The notes beneath the pieces are model-generated. The model was not told the DNA's origin. It did not search any database and saw only the letters and a program-made list of their open reading frames with translations. DNA of 64,000 bases, taken from NCBI GenBank assembly GCA_963711035.1, contig CAVQCN010000001.1:1229206-1293205 (forward strand). The letters are read 5' to 3'. The position numbers were made by a program, and so were the translations under genes. Positions 17,011 to 29,707 of the stretch are shown piece after piece. The stretch's first letter is position 1. Every line of letters starts with the position of its first letter. This DNA comes from an uncultured Chloroflexia bacterium. GTDB lineage: Bacteria; Chloroflexota; Dehalococcoidia; DSTF01; WHTK01.

Positions 17011-18492
17011 TCAGGGCTGGACGACGATGGTGGAGGCGTCGATCACGGCCGGGGTGGCGGATTCGTCGTCCCAGTCGATGTTGTGGCGGTCGCCCCAGTC
17101 GGGCGGCTCCAGGCCGAGCTTGTCGAGCTCGGTCGGCACGTCCATCGGGTAGGAGCCGGTGAAGCAGCCCATGCAGAAGCTTTCGCGCGGCTGGCCGATG
17201 GCGGAGACGAGGCCTTCCTTGGTCAGGTAACCCAGGGAGTCGGCGCCGATGTCGGCTCGTATCTCTTCGACCGTCTCGTGCGCGGCAATCAGCTCCCATC
17301 GGCGGCCCATGTCGATACCGAAGAAGCAGGGATGCGTGATCGGCGGCGCCGTGACGCGCAGATGCACTTCCTTGGCGCCGGCGTCGCGCAGCATGCGCAC
17401 CACGTGACGGATAGTCGTGGAGCGCACGATCGTATCGTCGACGACGATGACGCGCTGGCCTTCGAGGACCTCGCGCAGAGGGTTGAACTTGACGTGCACG
17501 CCCTGATCGCGGATGCGCTGGTCGGGCATGATGAAGGTGCGGCCGACGTAGCGGTTCTTGACCAGCGCCTCGGCGAAGGGGATGCCTGATTCGCGCGCGT
17601 AGCCCACGGCGGCGGCCGTCGCGGAGTCGGGCACGCCGATGACGATGTCGGCGTCGACGGGATGCTCGCGGGCCAGCTCGGCGCCGAGCTCCATGCGCAC
17701 CGGGTAGACGCGCTCGCCGCGCAGGTAGCTGTCCGGGCGGGCGAAGTAGATGTACTCGAAGACGCAAAAGGCTTCCTGTTCGCGGTCCTTGAACTTGTAG
17801 CTGTGCAGGCCTTCGCCGTCGATCAGCAGCGTCTCACCCGGCTCGATGTCGCGGATGAACGTGGCGCCGAGGTGGTCGAAGGCGCAGGTCTCCGACGCGA
17901 AGCAGTAGCCGCCGTCGATGCGCGCCAGCGACAGGGGACGGATGCCCAGCGGGTCGCGCGCGGCGATGACGCCGTCTTTGGTGAGCACCGTAAGGCAGAA
18001 AGCGCCGTGAGCGCGCCGCATGACGTAGGACATGCGCTCGCCCCAGTCGCGGCCGGGGGCGGTGGCGACGAGGTGGGCGAGGACTTCGGAGTCGGTCGAC
18101 GTGGCGAACTGGCGCCCCTCGGCCTCGAGCTCGGCGCGCAGCATGTCCGCGTTGATGATATTGCCGTTGTGGCCCAGTGCGATGGGGCCGTCCGGGCCGT
18201 CCAGCAGGAAGGGCTGGGCGTTTTCGATGCGGCTGGAGCCGGTGGTGGAGTAGCGCGTGTGGCCGGCCGCGGCGAACCCCTGTAAATACAAAAGGTCTTC
18301 CTCCTGGAAGACCTGCGACACGAGGCCCATGTCTTTATGGACCTTCAGGGACGTTCCGTCAGTGGTCGCGATGCCTGCACTCTCCTGGCCCCTGTGCTGT
18401 AGCGCATAGAGCCCAAAAAAGGTAACGCGGGCGACGTCTTCCGATGGAGCGTACACTCCGAAAACGCCGCAGGCCTCGTGGAGGCTGTCCAA
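17011..18492 (-). CDS. purF: Amidophosphoribosyltransferase
   Basis: MDSLHEACGVFGVYA N-terminal nucleophile Cys, followed by the PRTase domain. Confidence 0.9.
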   Translation of the reverse strand: MDSLHEACGVFGVYAPSEDVARVTFFGLYALQHRGQESAGIATTDGTSLKVHKDMGLVSQVFQEEDLLYLQGFAAAGHTRYSTTGSSRIENAQPFLLDGPDGPIALGHNGNIINADMLRAELEAEGRQFATSTDSEVLAHLVATAPGRDWGERMSYVMRRAHGAFCLTVLTKDGVIAARDPLGIRPLSLARIDGGYCFASETCAFDHLGATFIRDIEPGETLLIDGEGLHSYKFKDREQEAFCVFEYIYFARPDSYLRGERVYPVRMELGAELAREHPVDADIVIGVPDSATAAAVGYARESGIPFAEALVKNRYVGRTFIMPDQRIRDQGVHVKFNPLREVLEGQRVIVVDDTIVRSTTIRHVVRMLRDAGAKEVHLRVTAPPITHPCFFGIDMGRRWELIAAHETVEEIRADIGADSLGYLTKEGLVSAIGQPRESFCMGCFTGSYPMDVPTELDKLGLEPPDWGDRHNIDWDDESATPAVIDASTIVVQP

Positions 18493-18830
18493 GCGCCTCT
18501 CCCCCGCTGCAAGGCTATGTCCGCCGACGCTAAGAATTTTAGCTCCCGCCGATCAGCAGGTCAAACCATTGACCTCGTATGAATCTGCAACGGCGCCTCG
18601 AGATGTGTTCCACAGAATTTGCTCGCTGAGCAGAGGTGAGGAGACGGCGAGTCTCCTGCCGGGTAGCGGGCCGATAGGCCGGCCGACCTTCGGCCCGAGC
18701 GGTGCCCCCCTCGAAGATCCCTTTCTTCGTCCTCCCTGCGTAGCAGGGAAGGAAGGGGGAAGGTCCGTGGGACACCCCCAGAGACCCCCGCGCATGGGGC
18801 TTTGCCCCCGCAACCCCTGCTGTTCCTTCT

Positions 18831-19814
18831 TTGCTCATCGTATTCATAGAAACGGCGGCTGTGGTCGTGATGCGCTACTTTCATACGCGGCGGCGCGGTA
18901 GGATCGGCAACGTGACCCGTCGCGTCGCCTTCTTCGTCATCCTCCTCGTCCTGCTGTTCTTCGTCGCCGGTCCCGCGTCGGCGCAGCAGGCCGACGCCGG
19001 CCCGCAGACCTGGATCTCGGGCGGCGATCTGCCTCACAAGGTCCGTCTGACGGCCGTCGACGAGGACGATTTCATGCGCCGCATCAACCTGCCCCCGCAG
19101 CTGGACAATGCGCCGGCGGTCAGCGGCCCGTCCTACACCGTCTCGTCGCCGTACTGGGATCACGCCGTTCGCGGCGAGGGCAGCAAGGACCCGGAGGTCG
19201 ACCTCGAGGCGCAGTACTACCCGAACGGCGGCTTCGTGCGCACCCGGCAGGACGGCGAGGACGTCTGGATCGTCATCGATCTGCGTCAGCGAGCCATCCT
19301 GGACCGCTACATCCGCCTCACGAAGGCGGGGGCTATCGATGAGGAGCCGGGGCCGTTGAACGTCATTGCAGCGGCCGTGAAAAACGGTGAGAACGTTGCG
19401 ATCCAGATCGGGAGCATCGAGCTCGACGCGGACCAAACGGCGGCGTTCTGGCAGGTGACCAACGGTCTCGAGGTGTATGAGCGTCCGGAGAACGTCCAGC
19501 TTAGCGATGGTCCAGGCAGTGTCTGGATCACGTTTAACCTGCCTGAAGGCCGGTCGGAGCAGATGCTCTATGTCGTCGCCAACGGCGAAATCTACGACCG
19601 ACTCGGCGCTACCTCGTACGTGGTGCCGTTCCTCTGGCTACAGCCCGTCCTGGGCGATCAGGCGCCTCGGCCTGGCCAGCCCATCCCTTACGCCGATACC
19701 ACCATCGAGCAGGACAAGAGCCCTGGGTCGCAATGGTGGTGGGTGATCATGATCGGCGGCGGGCTGAGCGCCCTCGGCGCGGCCTACTGGCTACGCCGTC
19801 ATTGGGTCCATTAG
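18831..19814 (+). CDS. Hypothetical exported protein with N-terminal signal/anchor and a C-terminal TM helix
   Basis: VAFFVILLVLLFFVAGPASAQQ signal. C-terminal WWWVIMIGGGLSALGAAYWLRR anchor. No recognisable domain. Confidence 0.5.
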   Translation: MLIVFIETAAVVVMRYFHTRRRGRIGNVTRRVAFFVILLVLLFFVAGPASAQQADAGPQTWISGGDLPHKVRLTAVDEDDFMRRINLPPQLDNAPAVSGPSYTVSSPYWDHAVRGEGSKDPEVDLEAQYYPNGGFVRTRQDGEDVWIVIDLRQRAILDRYIRLTKAGAIDEEPGPLNVIAAAVKNGENVAIQIGSIELDADQTAAFWQVTNGLEVYERPENVQLSDGPGSVWITFNLPEGRSEQMLYVVANGEIYDRLGATSYVVPFLWLQPVLGDQAPRPGQPIPYADTTIEQDKSPGSQWWWVIMIGGGLSALGAAYWLRRHWVH

Positions 19815-19880
19815 CGTGGCGGCGAGCCGCGCCTGAGGCTTCTGACGTCGAGACGCCTCGGAGACCGGCCATCAACCGCT

Positions 19881-20645
19881 CTAATCGCGCGCCATGACCC
19901 ATGGCGTCAGCAGCCGCGTGAGTCGAAGGCCGTACCATATGGCAACGACGGCCGAGACGATGGCGCCGCTGAGCATGGCGCCGGCCTGCCCAGTCCCGCC
20001 GCCGCTCATGAACAGCAGCGCCAGGGCGGCGACGCCGAACAGCGACGTGCCAATGGTGGGCACGATGAGCGGCGGCAGCGCGTCTCGCGTGTTCTTCTTG
20101 CCACGCGTGTAGAGCAGCGAGCCTCCCAGCATCAGCAACCCCAGGACGCCGGCCGCGACGCGGTAGTCGACGACCTCGCCGAAATGATGGGCGATGGCGG
20201 CCTGGTTGCAGTCCGTCTGGTTCGGCTCCAGCCGGAAGTAGTCGGCGCAGCGCGCTGCGGTGTAGGTGACGCCGGGCGCGTCGCCGGCCACGAAGTCCTT
20301 GCCGAACGGCGCGGAGAGGGCCAGCGCCAGCAGGCCGCTGCAGCCGATGGCGATCAGCCCGAGAACCGCGACGCCGTACAGCGAGCCGATGGCGCTGCGT
20401 ACGACCGCCAGCCACGCGATCGGTGCGGCGGCGAAGCTCCTGGCGACGACGTCCGGCCGTCCGAAGCGCTCGATTGCCTGCTGTTCCGCCTCGTCCGGCG
20501 AGGCGCCTTCGTCGATCAGCGCCTGCGTCGAAGCGCGGAGGTGGTCTTCGACCTCGATGGCGATGCGGCGGACGCGCTGCGGCGGCAGCGTCAGCAGCCC
20601 CGTCAGTGTATCGAGGTAGGCTTCGATGTTCGTGTTCTGGCTCAT
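19881..20645 (-). CDS. DUF1700/HAAS-like membrane protein partner of PadR
   Basis: N-terminal YLDTLTGLL...PPQRVRRIAIEVEDHL motif, then multiple TM helices. The gene overlaps padR by 4 nt. Confidence 0.6.
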   Translation of the reverse strand: MSQNTNIEAYLDTLTGLLTLPPQRVRRIAIEVEDHLRASTQALIDEGASPDEAEQQAIERFGRPDVVARSFAAAPIAWLAVVRSAIGSLYGVAVLGLIAIGCSGLLALALSAPFGKDFVAGDAPGVTYTAARCADYFRLEPNQTDCNQAAIAHHFGEVVDYRVAAGVLGLLMLGGSLLYTRGKKNTRDALPPLIVPTIGTSLFGVAALALLFMSGGGTGQAGAMLSGAIVSAVVAIWYGLRLTRLLTPWVMARD

Positions 20646-20962
20646 GATCCCGTCCCGATGACTGCCTGCATCGCGGTGGCGAAGCGGTTCCAGTCGCTAC
20701 GGCGCGACTGCATGACCTGCAGACCCGATGCTGTCAGGCTGTAGACGCGCCGTCGGCGCCCGTCTACGTCCTGCCAGTCGCTGGCCAGCATGCCGTCGCT
20801 CTCCAACCGGTGCAGAGCGGGGTAGACCGTGCCCTCCGGCAGGGTGAACTCGCCCTGGCTGCGCTGCTTGATCTGCTCGATGATGGCGTAGCCGTGCGCC
20901 GGTCCTGACTGCAGGACGGCGAGCACGAGCACCTCTACCTGACTGCGTTGCAAATCGCTCAT
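20642..20962 (-). CDS. PadR family transcriptional regulator
   Basis: VLAVLQSGPAHGYAIIEQI...EGTVYPALHRLESDGML winged-HTH signature. Confidence 0.85.
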   Translation of the reverse strand: MSDLQRSQVEVLVLAVLQSGPAHGYAIIEQIKQRSQGEFTLPEGTVYPALHRLESDGMLASDWQDVDGRRRRVYSLTASGLQVMQSRRSDWNRFATAMQAVIGTGS

Positions 20963-21029
20963 ACCTAGATTATCTAGGTACTGGTGAGGAAATGCAAGAG
21001 GACGTTCAGAAGGGCATGCAGGGCCGAGG

Positions 21030-21102
21030 TCCCGCCGTCCCCTCTCCGTTCACGGAGAGGGACCGAGGGGTGAGGTTGCCCGGGGTTGCCAACGTCCTCA
21101 CC
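21030..21102. repeat. GC-rich nested palindromic repeat (copy 1 of a family also seen at 36639-36700)
   Basis: GTCCCCTCTCCGTTCACGGAGAGGGGACCGAGGGGTGAGGT. About 90% identical to the reverse complement of 36639-36690. Confidence 0.45.
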
Positions 21103-22621
21103 TGTCCTGAAGTCCCGCAGCTACCTGAACCAGCATGTCCACGCTCAGGTCCTCTGATCTGAGCGTCCAGAAGCTGTCGTGGTCGCGCAGGTAGATGTCG
21201 ACCTCTTCTCCCGCGAAGCGCGGGTGCACCACGATGGCGGGCCTGCCGCCGATCGTCGTCGCCTCCAGGCGATCGGCGGAATAGTGGTTCGCGATGACGG
21301 GCGAGCTCGCCCGCCGCGAGACAGAAAAGTGGCCGGAAGGCGAGCTCCAGGTCTCGCTGACGAGGTCCACGGTGTCGCCGCATTGCCCGGCTAAGACATG
21401 GCCCCTTGCATCGCCGAAGCGGTCGGTCTGCAAGTCGGGCGCGTACCCGTCGGGGACATACGTTGCGTCGAAATCGAGGCCTGAGGCTGCGAGCAAGGCG
21501 GAGCCGTGCTCGCTGACAGCGCCGTTGGGGGGAGGTACGGTAGGGCAGACCGGCGGCACGCCGGCCTGAAACGTGAAGCCGTTCATTATTCCCGTGAAGA
21601 TGGGCTCCGGCGTGTTGCCGCCGTAATGCTCGATGATCTCGGTCAGTTGCGCGAGCTGGGTCGCGTTCGGTTTCGGCCGCACCGGCGTCGGGCCGAAGAC
21701 GCCGTGCTGCTGCTCCGCATCGGAGAGGCTGTCGACAACGTCAGCGAAGGTCTGCCCAGGGATTTTCGCGGTCTCGTCTTCGTTCTCGAGCTTGACCTGG
21801 TAGGTGTAGCCGTTCTCCTGCCAGGACACCGCGTAGTACTCGAACCACTGGCCGTTGCTCGTGCCGGTCGTATAGAGCTCTTCGCCATCGATGCAATGTT
21901 CGGGGCAGTGTATGCCAACCGTTGCCGTCCAGGTGGGGGGCCCCGATGTGTTGCCGTAGGCGGCGGCGTAGCTCTGGTTCAGGATGAAGACGAGGTAGCC
22001 ATGTGGGGCCTGGTAGAGCACCGTGTACTGAGGCGTCAGGTCAGGACCCAGGCAGGCCTCCATGAGCTGTGGCATGCCCAAACCTGCCGTCGTGTAAGGG
22101 GCGGGCTCGTAGACGTCGATATCGGCTGGCATCGTGCTGCGCGCCAGGGCCCAGCTGGTCTGGGGGTCCGGCGGCGGCGTCGCTTCCACCGGCTCCGCAA
22201 TGCCTCTCGGGTCGCACATAGGCGTCGTCAAGGCCCGGTTCGGCGAGGCCCGGTTGTTCATAGACAGAACACCGAAGGCGAGCAGTATCAGCCCCAGGCC
22301 GGTTGCGCCGACGAGGACCAGGCCTGCAGCTTTCGCGGCGAGGGCCGGCCGCGGCGGCCGCAGCAGTCGCATGACCGGAGCGAAGAAGCCCCATCGTCGA
22401 GGTGTGGCTGCCTTCGACTCCTCCTGCCAGGCGGCCGCTTCCTGACGAGAGGAGACGCCGAGCTTGGCCATGATCTGCGCCACGTGGTACTTGGCCGTGT
22501 TCTCGCTGATGCCGAGTCGGGTTGCGATCTGCTCGTTCGTGAGGTCTTGGCGCAGCAAGGCGACGACGTCCCACTCGCGGGGGGTCAGGATGTCGTCGTG
22601 TCGTGGCCGGCCTCGTCGCAT
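21098..22621 (-). CDS. Membrane-anchored LuxR/GerE-type HTH regulator with a large extracytoplasmic C-terminal domain
   Basis: N-terminal LTPREWDVVALLRQDLTNEQIATRLGISENTAKYHVAQIMAKLGV HTH. A single TM (LVLVGATGLGLILLAFGVL) follows, then about 380 aa Pro/Thr/Gly/Tyr-rich with no recognisable domain. Confidence 0.6.
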   Translation of the reverse strand: MRRGRPRHDDILTPREWDVVALLRQDLTNEQIATRLGISENTAKYHVAQIMAKLGVSSRQEAAAWQEESKAATPRRWGFFAPVMRLLRPPRPALAAKAAGLVLVGATGLGLILLAFGVLSMNNRASPNRALTTPMCDPRGIAEPVEATPPPDPQTSWALARSTMPADIDVYEPAPYTTAGLGMPQLMEACLGPDLTPQYTVLYQAPHGYLVFILNQSYAAAYGNTSGPPTWTATVGIHCPEHCIDGEELYTTGTSNGQWFEYYAVSWQENGYTYQVKLENEDETAKIPGQTFADVVDSLSDAEQQHGVFGPTPVRPKPNATQLAQLTEIIEHYGGNTPEPIFTGIMNGFTFQAGVPPVCPTVPPPNGAVSEHGSALLAASGLDFDATYVPDGYAPDLQTDRFGDARGHVLAGQCGDTVDLVSETWSSPSGHFSVSRRASSPVIANHYSADRLEATTIGGRPAIVVHPRFAGEEVDIYLRDHDSFWTLRSEDLSVDMLVQVAAGLQDR

Positions 22622-22669
22622 GCGCTCACCTTAGCAAGCGGCGCTGCGGAATAACCCCACCCGATAGGA

Positions 22670-22722
22670 TGTTCCAGAATGAGATCGGAGAGGCCGGAAC
22701 GCCATCGACGTCCCGGCCTCTC
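22670..22722 (-). terminator. Candidate terminator downstream of atpC
   Basis: 10-bp perfect stem GAGAGGCCGG...CCGGCCTCTC, followed on the minus strand by CGAUCUCAUUCUGG. Confidence 0.35.
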
Positions 22723-22741
22723 GAGTGATCGCTCGAAGCGG

Positions 22742-23188
22742 TTACTGGTTCTGCTGCTGTGGCTGTCCACGGCCTGCCGGGCGGCGGCGACGACGCTCGA
22801 TGACGCGCAGGCGGGCGGAGGCGCGCTCGAGGGCGGCCATCGTGGCGGCGATGTCGATCTCCCCTTCGCGCGTCGCGAGGAGGGCAGCGGCGCGGCGGCG
22901 CGCCTCTTCCGCGCGGGCGATGTCGATCTCCTCCGAGCGCTCGGCGGTGTCGGCCAGGATCACGACCTTGTCCTCGCGCACCTCCATGAAGCCGCCGGAG
23001 AGGGCCACGTCGGTCTCGTCCTCTCCACGGCGGAAGACGAGCGGTCCGGGCTGCAGGGCGGTCATGAGCGGCGCGTGCTGCGGCAGGATTGTGAGCTCAC
23101 CCTCGCTGCCGGGCACCGTGACGGAATCGATCGCCTCCTCGGAGAAGACGACGCGTTCCGGCGTGACGATTTGCAGGCTAAGCGGCAT
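22742..23188 (-). CDS. atpC: ATP synthase F1 epsilon subunit
   Basis: MPLSLQIVTPERVVF...GELTILPQHAPLMTAL. The internal ATG at 23188 abuts the atpD stop. Confidence 0.85.
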   Translation of the reverse strand: MPLSLQIVTPERVVFSEEAIDSVTVPGSEGELTILPQHAPLMTALQPGPLVFRRGEDETDVALSGGFMEVREDKVVILADTAERSEEIDIARAEEARRRAAALLATREGEIDIAATMAALERASARLRVIERRRRRPAGRGQPQQQNQ

Positions 23189-23189
23189 G

Positions 23190-24608
<1,419 letters not shown>

Positions 24609-24659
24609 CTACTCCCACGGCCCGCCAGGCCGCGGGCATTGGTTCTCTGGTTTGCGGAC

Positions 24660-25538
24660 TTACCCTGCCGCCTGGGACATTGCCTCGACGCCGCCGGTGA
24701 TGTCCAGCAGCTCCTTCGTGATCTGCTCCTGGCGCACCTTGTTGCGCACCAGGGTCAGCTCCATGATCATCTCCTGTGCCGCGTCGGTTGCGTTACGCAT
24801 CGCCACCATCTGGGCCGACTGGTAGCTGGCCTTCATCTCGATGACAGCGCGGTAGACCTGCACCTCAACATAGCGAGGCATCAACGTCTCCAAGAGCTGC
24901 GCAGCGCTGGGCTCGTAGATGTACTCAACCGTCCTCTTCTCGTCGCCTGCTGGCGGCGTCACGGGTAGCAGCTCCAGCTCCTCGGGTCGCTGTAGGACCG
25001 TGTTGATGAAGCGCGGGTAGACGATGATGACGCTGTCGACTTCGCCGTTCGTGTACGCGTCCATGATCAGCCGCGAGATCGGGCTTACCTCGTCGTAACC
25101 GGGATAGTCAGTCAGGTTCGTGAACTGGCCGATGATCTCGACGCCGCTGCGGCGGAAGAAATCGAACCCTTTGCGGCCGACGCAGATCATCTTGCTGCCG
25201 GGATGAGCGGCGACGTAGCCGCCGGCCAGGCGAATCAGGTTGGTGTTGAGGCCGCCGCAAAGGCCGCGATCGGGTGTGATCAGCAACACGGCCGGCGTAT
25301 TCACCTCGCGCCGCTCGAGGAGCGGGTGCATGCTGCCTTCTTCACCGCCGGTCTGCGGGATGTCCTCCACCACGTCGGCCAGCAGCGACTGTATCTCCTC
25401 CGCGTAGGGGCGTTGGGCCAGCGCCATCTGCTGGGCGCGGCGCATCTTGGAGCCGGCGACGAGCGACATGGCGCGCGTCGTCTTGGCCGTCGACTGGATC
25501 GAACGGATGCGGCGGTTAATCTGACGTAGCGTTGGCAT
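24660..25538 (-). CDS. atpG: ATP synthase F1 gamma subunit
   Basis: MPTLRQINRRIRSIQSTAKTTRAMSLVA N-terminus. Operon position. Confidence 0.9.
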   Translation of the reverse strand: MPTLRQINRRIRSIQSTAKTTRAMSLVAGSKMRRAQQMALAQRPYAEEIQSLLADVVEDIPQTGGEEGSMHPLLERREVNTPAVLLITPDRGLCGGLNTNLIRLAGGYVAAHPGSKMICVGRKGFDFFRRSGVEIIGQFTNLTDYPGYDEVSPISRLIMDAYTNGEVDSVIIVYPRFINTVLQRPEELELLPVTPPAGDEKRTVEYIYEPSAAQLLETLMPRYVEVQVYRAVIEMKASYQSAQMVAMRNATDAAQEMIMELTLVRNKVRQEQITKELLDITGGVEAMSQAAG

Positions 25539-25678
25539 CTAGCTTCGGCTCCTGGCCCTGCTTTGCATCGCTCTCGCGCTGCTCCGCCCCGATCTCAAAG
25601 TGAAGGTGGGGGGACACCCCTCACGGCCTCCCGCCAGGGGCGGCACCCATGGACCCCGATCCTTGTTTACGCTGATCA

Positions 25679-27190
<1,512 letters not shown>

Positions 27191-27242
27191 TGTGGCGTCC
27201 TCCGCTTGCTTAGATAGATTCGAATCTCGGGGGGAGCGGCCG

Positions 27243-27782
27243 TTAGACCGCACCCACCAGGCTTTCGCGCAGCGCGTCTAGCCGTGCCTTCGTGCTGGAA
27301 TCGATCAGCCGGTCACCGATCTGGAGCACGAGCCCACCGATCAGGTCAGGATCGACCTCTGTTTCGAGAATAACCTGACCGCCGGTCTGCTCGCGCAGGC
27401 GCTGTTCCAGGACCTGCCGCTCCGTGTCGCTCATGGCGACGGCGGTGACGGCACGAGCCCGGCTGATGCCCTGCTCTTCCTCGGTCAGACGCTTGAACTC
27501 GGAGGCGATGTCCGCCGCGAGTGGCGTGCGCCCCTTCTTCACCAACAAGCGCGCCAGGTTGAGCGGCAACGGGTCGAGGTCCGCCAGGGCTGTCTCGACC
27601 AGACGCTGCTTGGAATCGACCGGCACGCGTGTATTGGTCAGGACGCTCGCAACCTCGGGATCGCTCATGAACTCGGCGATCTGGTCGAGAGCTGCCGACC
27701 ATTCAGACGCAGTGCCCTTCTCGTCGGCGATCTCGAACGCCGCGAGCGCGTAGCGCTTTGCCGCCAGATCTACTGTTGCCAA
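27243..27782 (-). CDS. atpH: ATP synthase delta (OSCP) subunit
   Basis: Length, composition and operon position match OSCP. Confidence 0.85.
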   Translation of the reverse strand: MATVDLAAKRYALAAFEIADEKGTASEWSAALDQIAEFMSDPEVASVLTNTRVPVDSKQRLVETALADLDPLPLNLARLLVKKGRTPLAADIASEFKRLTEEEQGISRARAVTAVAMSDTERQVLEQRLREQTGGQVILETEVDPDLIGGLVLQIGDRLIDSSTKARLDALRESLVGAV

Positions 27783-27791
27783 CCCCGTCCC

Positions 27792-28304
27792 CTAGTTTTC
27801 ACGGAAAGAAGACTCCGCCAGCGCCTCGTCGATGAGACGCTGGTGCGCCGAGCGGTCCAGGGACTGACCGATGACCTTCTCCGCAGCGGAGATGGTCAGA
27901 TCGGCAAACTCACGCCGCAGCTGGGCGATTGCCGTGTCGCGCTCGAGCTGAATCTCGGCTCGGGCGCGCTCCAGCATCGCCTCTTGCTGCTGCTGGGCCT
28001 GCTGGCGCGCATCCTCCTGGATGCGCTGAGAGACCTGCTGCGCCTGCGCCACGATCGTCTGGCCCTCGCGTCGCGCCTCTTCGATCTGCGCCTGCGCTGC
28101 CGTGTTCGCTTCGGCTGCCTGTTCGCGACCGCGCTCGGCGGCGGAGAGGCCTTCGCGAATCCGCTCGCGCCGTTGCTCGAGCATGCGCAGGACCGGCTTG
28201 TACACGAGGAGGCGCATCACGATCAGCAGGAACGTGAAGTTCACTACTTGCGCGATCAAGACCGGTATGTTGATACCGATATCTGTGATGCCTAGGAAAA
28301 CCAT
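27792..28304 (-). CDS. atpF: ATP synthase Fo b subunit
   Basis: Single N-terminal TM followed by a long charged coiled-coil. Confidence 0.8.
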   Translation of the reverse strand: MVFLGITDIGINIPVLIAQVVNFTFLLIVMRLLVYKPVLRMLEQRRERIREGLSAAERGREQAAEANTAAQAQIEEARREGQTIVAQAQQVSQRIQEDARQQAQQQQEAMLERARAEIQLERDTAIAQLRREFADLTISAAEKVIGQSLDRSAHQRLIDEALAESSFREN

Positions 28305-28333
28305 CCGTTAGCCTCTCGGTCCGGTTTGTGGTC

Positions 28334-28597
<264 letters not shown>

Positions 28598-28642
28598 TCA
28601 AAATGCTCTGCAGCCCTTCCGCGGGCAAGTAACCGTAACGCT

Positions 28643-29707
28643 TCAGTGGCTTTCTGCCCCTTGTTGATGACCGGCCTCCTCCTCGTGGCCGTGATCGTCA
28701 TGAGACGTGATGGCCAGGATGGCGAAGACCAGGGTAAGCGCGCCGAAGATGAACGCCTGGACGGCGCCCACGAACAGCTCCAGACCGTAGAACACCACCA
28801 CGATGGGTGAGGCTACAGCGAGCAGGAAGGTCATGACCAGGAGAACGATCTCGCCCGCCAGCATGTTGCCAAACAGACGGAAGGAGAAGCTGAGAAGGCG
28901 GGCGACCTCCGCGACAAACTCGAGAATGCCGACGAAGAAATCGATTGGCCCCTTGAAATTGAGGAACTTGCTGCCGTATTTCAAAACGCCCTGGGCCTGA
29001 ATACCCCACAGCTCGACGAAGAACGCCGAGACGAGCGCAAAGGATAACGGCGTCATCAGATCCGTGTTGATGCCTCGGAAGTAGGGGTGCAGCACGCCGA
29101 TCTTCTCGTTGCCGCCGCTGGCATGTTCGGACGTGGCTTGGTCGATCGCGTCCTGGCGACAGGCATCGCCCTCGGTGCCCGTCGCGCAATCGCTGCCTTC
29201 GAGGTCAACGACCTTGGCTCCGGGATTGATGAGAGAGATGCCGCCCGAGTCCTTGAAGACGAGCGCCTCATTGTGGTAGCCGCTCTCTTGCGCCGTCAGC
29301 GGAACGTATTCGCCGAACGAGTTGAAGATCGGCGTCAGCGACATCCAGTTTGCGAACGTGATGTAGATAAAGAACGTGGCGATGAGGGGGAAGAATTTGC
29401 GGCCCCAGTGCTCTCCCGCCAGGCCAACGACGAAGTCGTAGATAACCTCGATCGTCGCTTCGAACAGGTTGTAGAACCCGCTGGGGATCAGCGACATCTT
29501 GCGCAGCGCGAAGAAGCACAGGATGAGTAGCAGCGCCATGATGACCCAGGCGGAAAACAGCGAGTTGAGGATATCGAGAGGACCGATGCTGCCGAGGCTC
29601 TCGCCGCGAATCTCGACGAGCGGCTTCGGCGGCTTGATGACGAGAAGGGAAACGGCAATGGCGGCGACGGTGTAGGCCAGGCCGCCGAGTATGATGAGCC
29701 GCTTCAA
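28643..29707 (-). CDS. atpB: ATP synthase Fo a subunit with a ~70-aa periplasmic-loop insertion and a His-rich C-terminal tail
   Basis: SFSFRLFGNMLAGE conserved Arg motif. The insertion is NSFGEYVPLTAQES...CATGTEGDACRQD.... The tail is SHDDHGHEEEAGHQQGAESH. Confidence 0.85.
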   Translation of the reverse strand: MKRLIILGGLAYTVAAIAVSLLVIKPPKPLVEIRGESLGSIGPLDILNSLFSAWVIMALLLILCFFALRKMSLIPSGFYNLFEATIEVIYDFVVGLAGEHWGRKFFPLIATFFIYITFANWMSLTPIFNSFGEYVPLTAQESGYHNEALVFKDSGGISLINPGAKVVDLEGSDCATGTEGDACRQDAIDQATSEHASGGNEKIGVLHPYFRGINTDLMTPLSFALVSAFFVELWGIQAQGVLKYGSKFLNFKGPIDFFVGILEFVAEVARLLSFSFRLFGNMLAGEIVLLVMTFLLAVASPIVVVFYGLELFVGAVQAFIFGALTLVFAILAITSHDDHGHEEEAGHQQGAESH

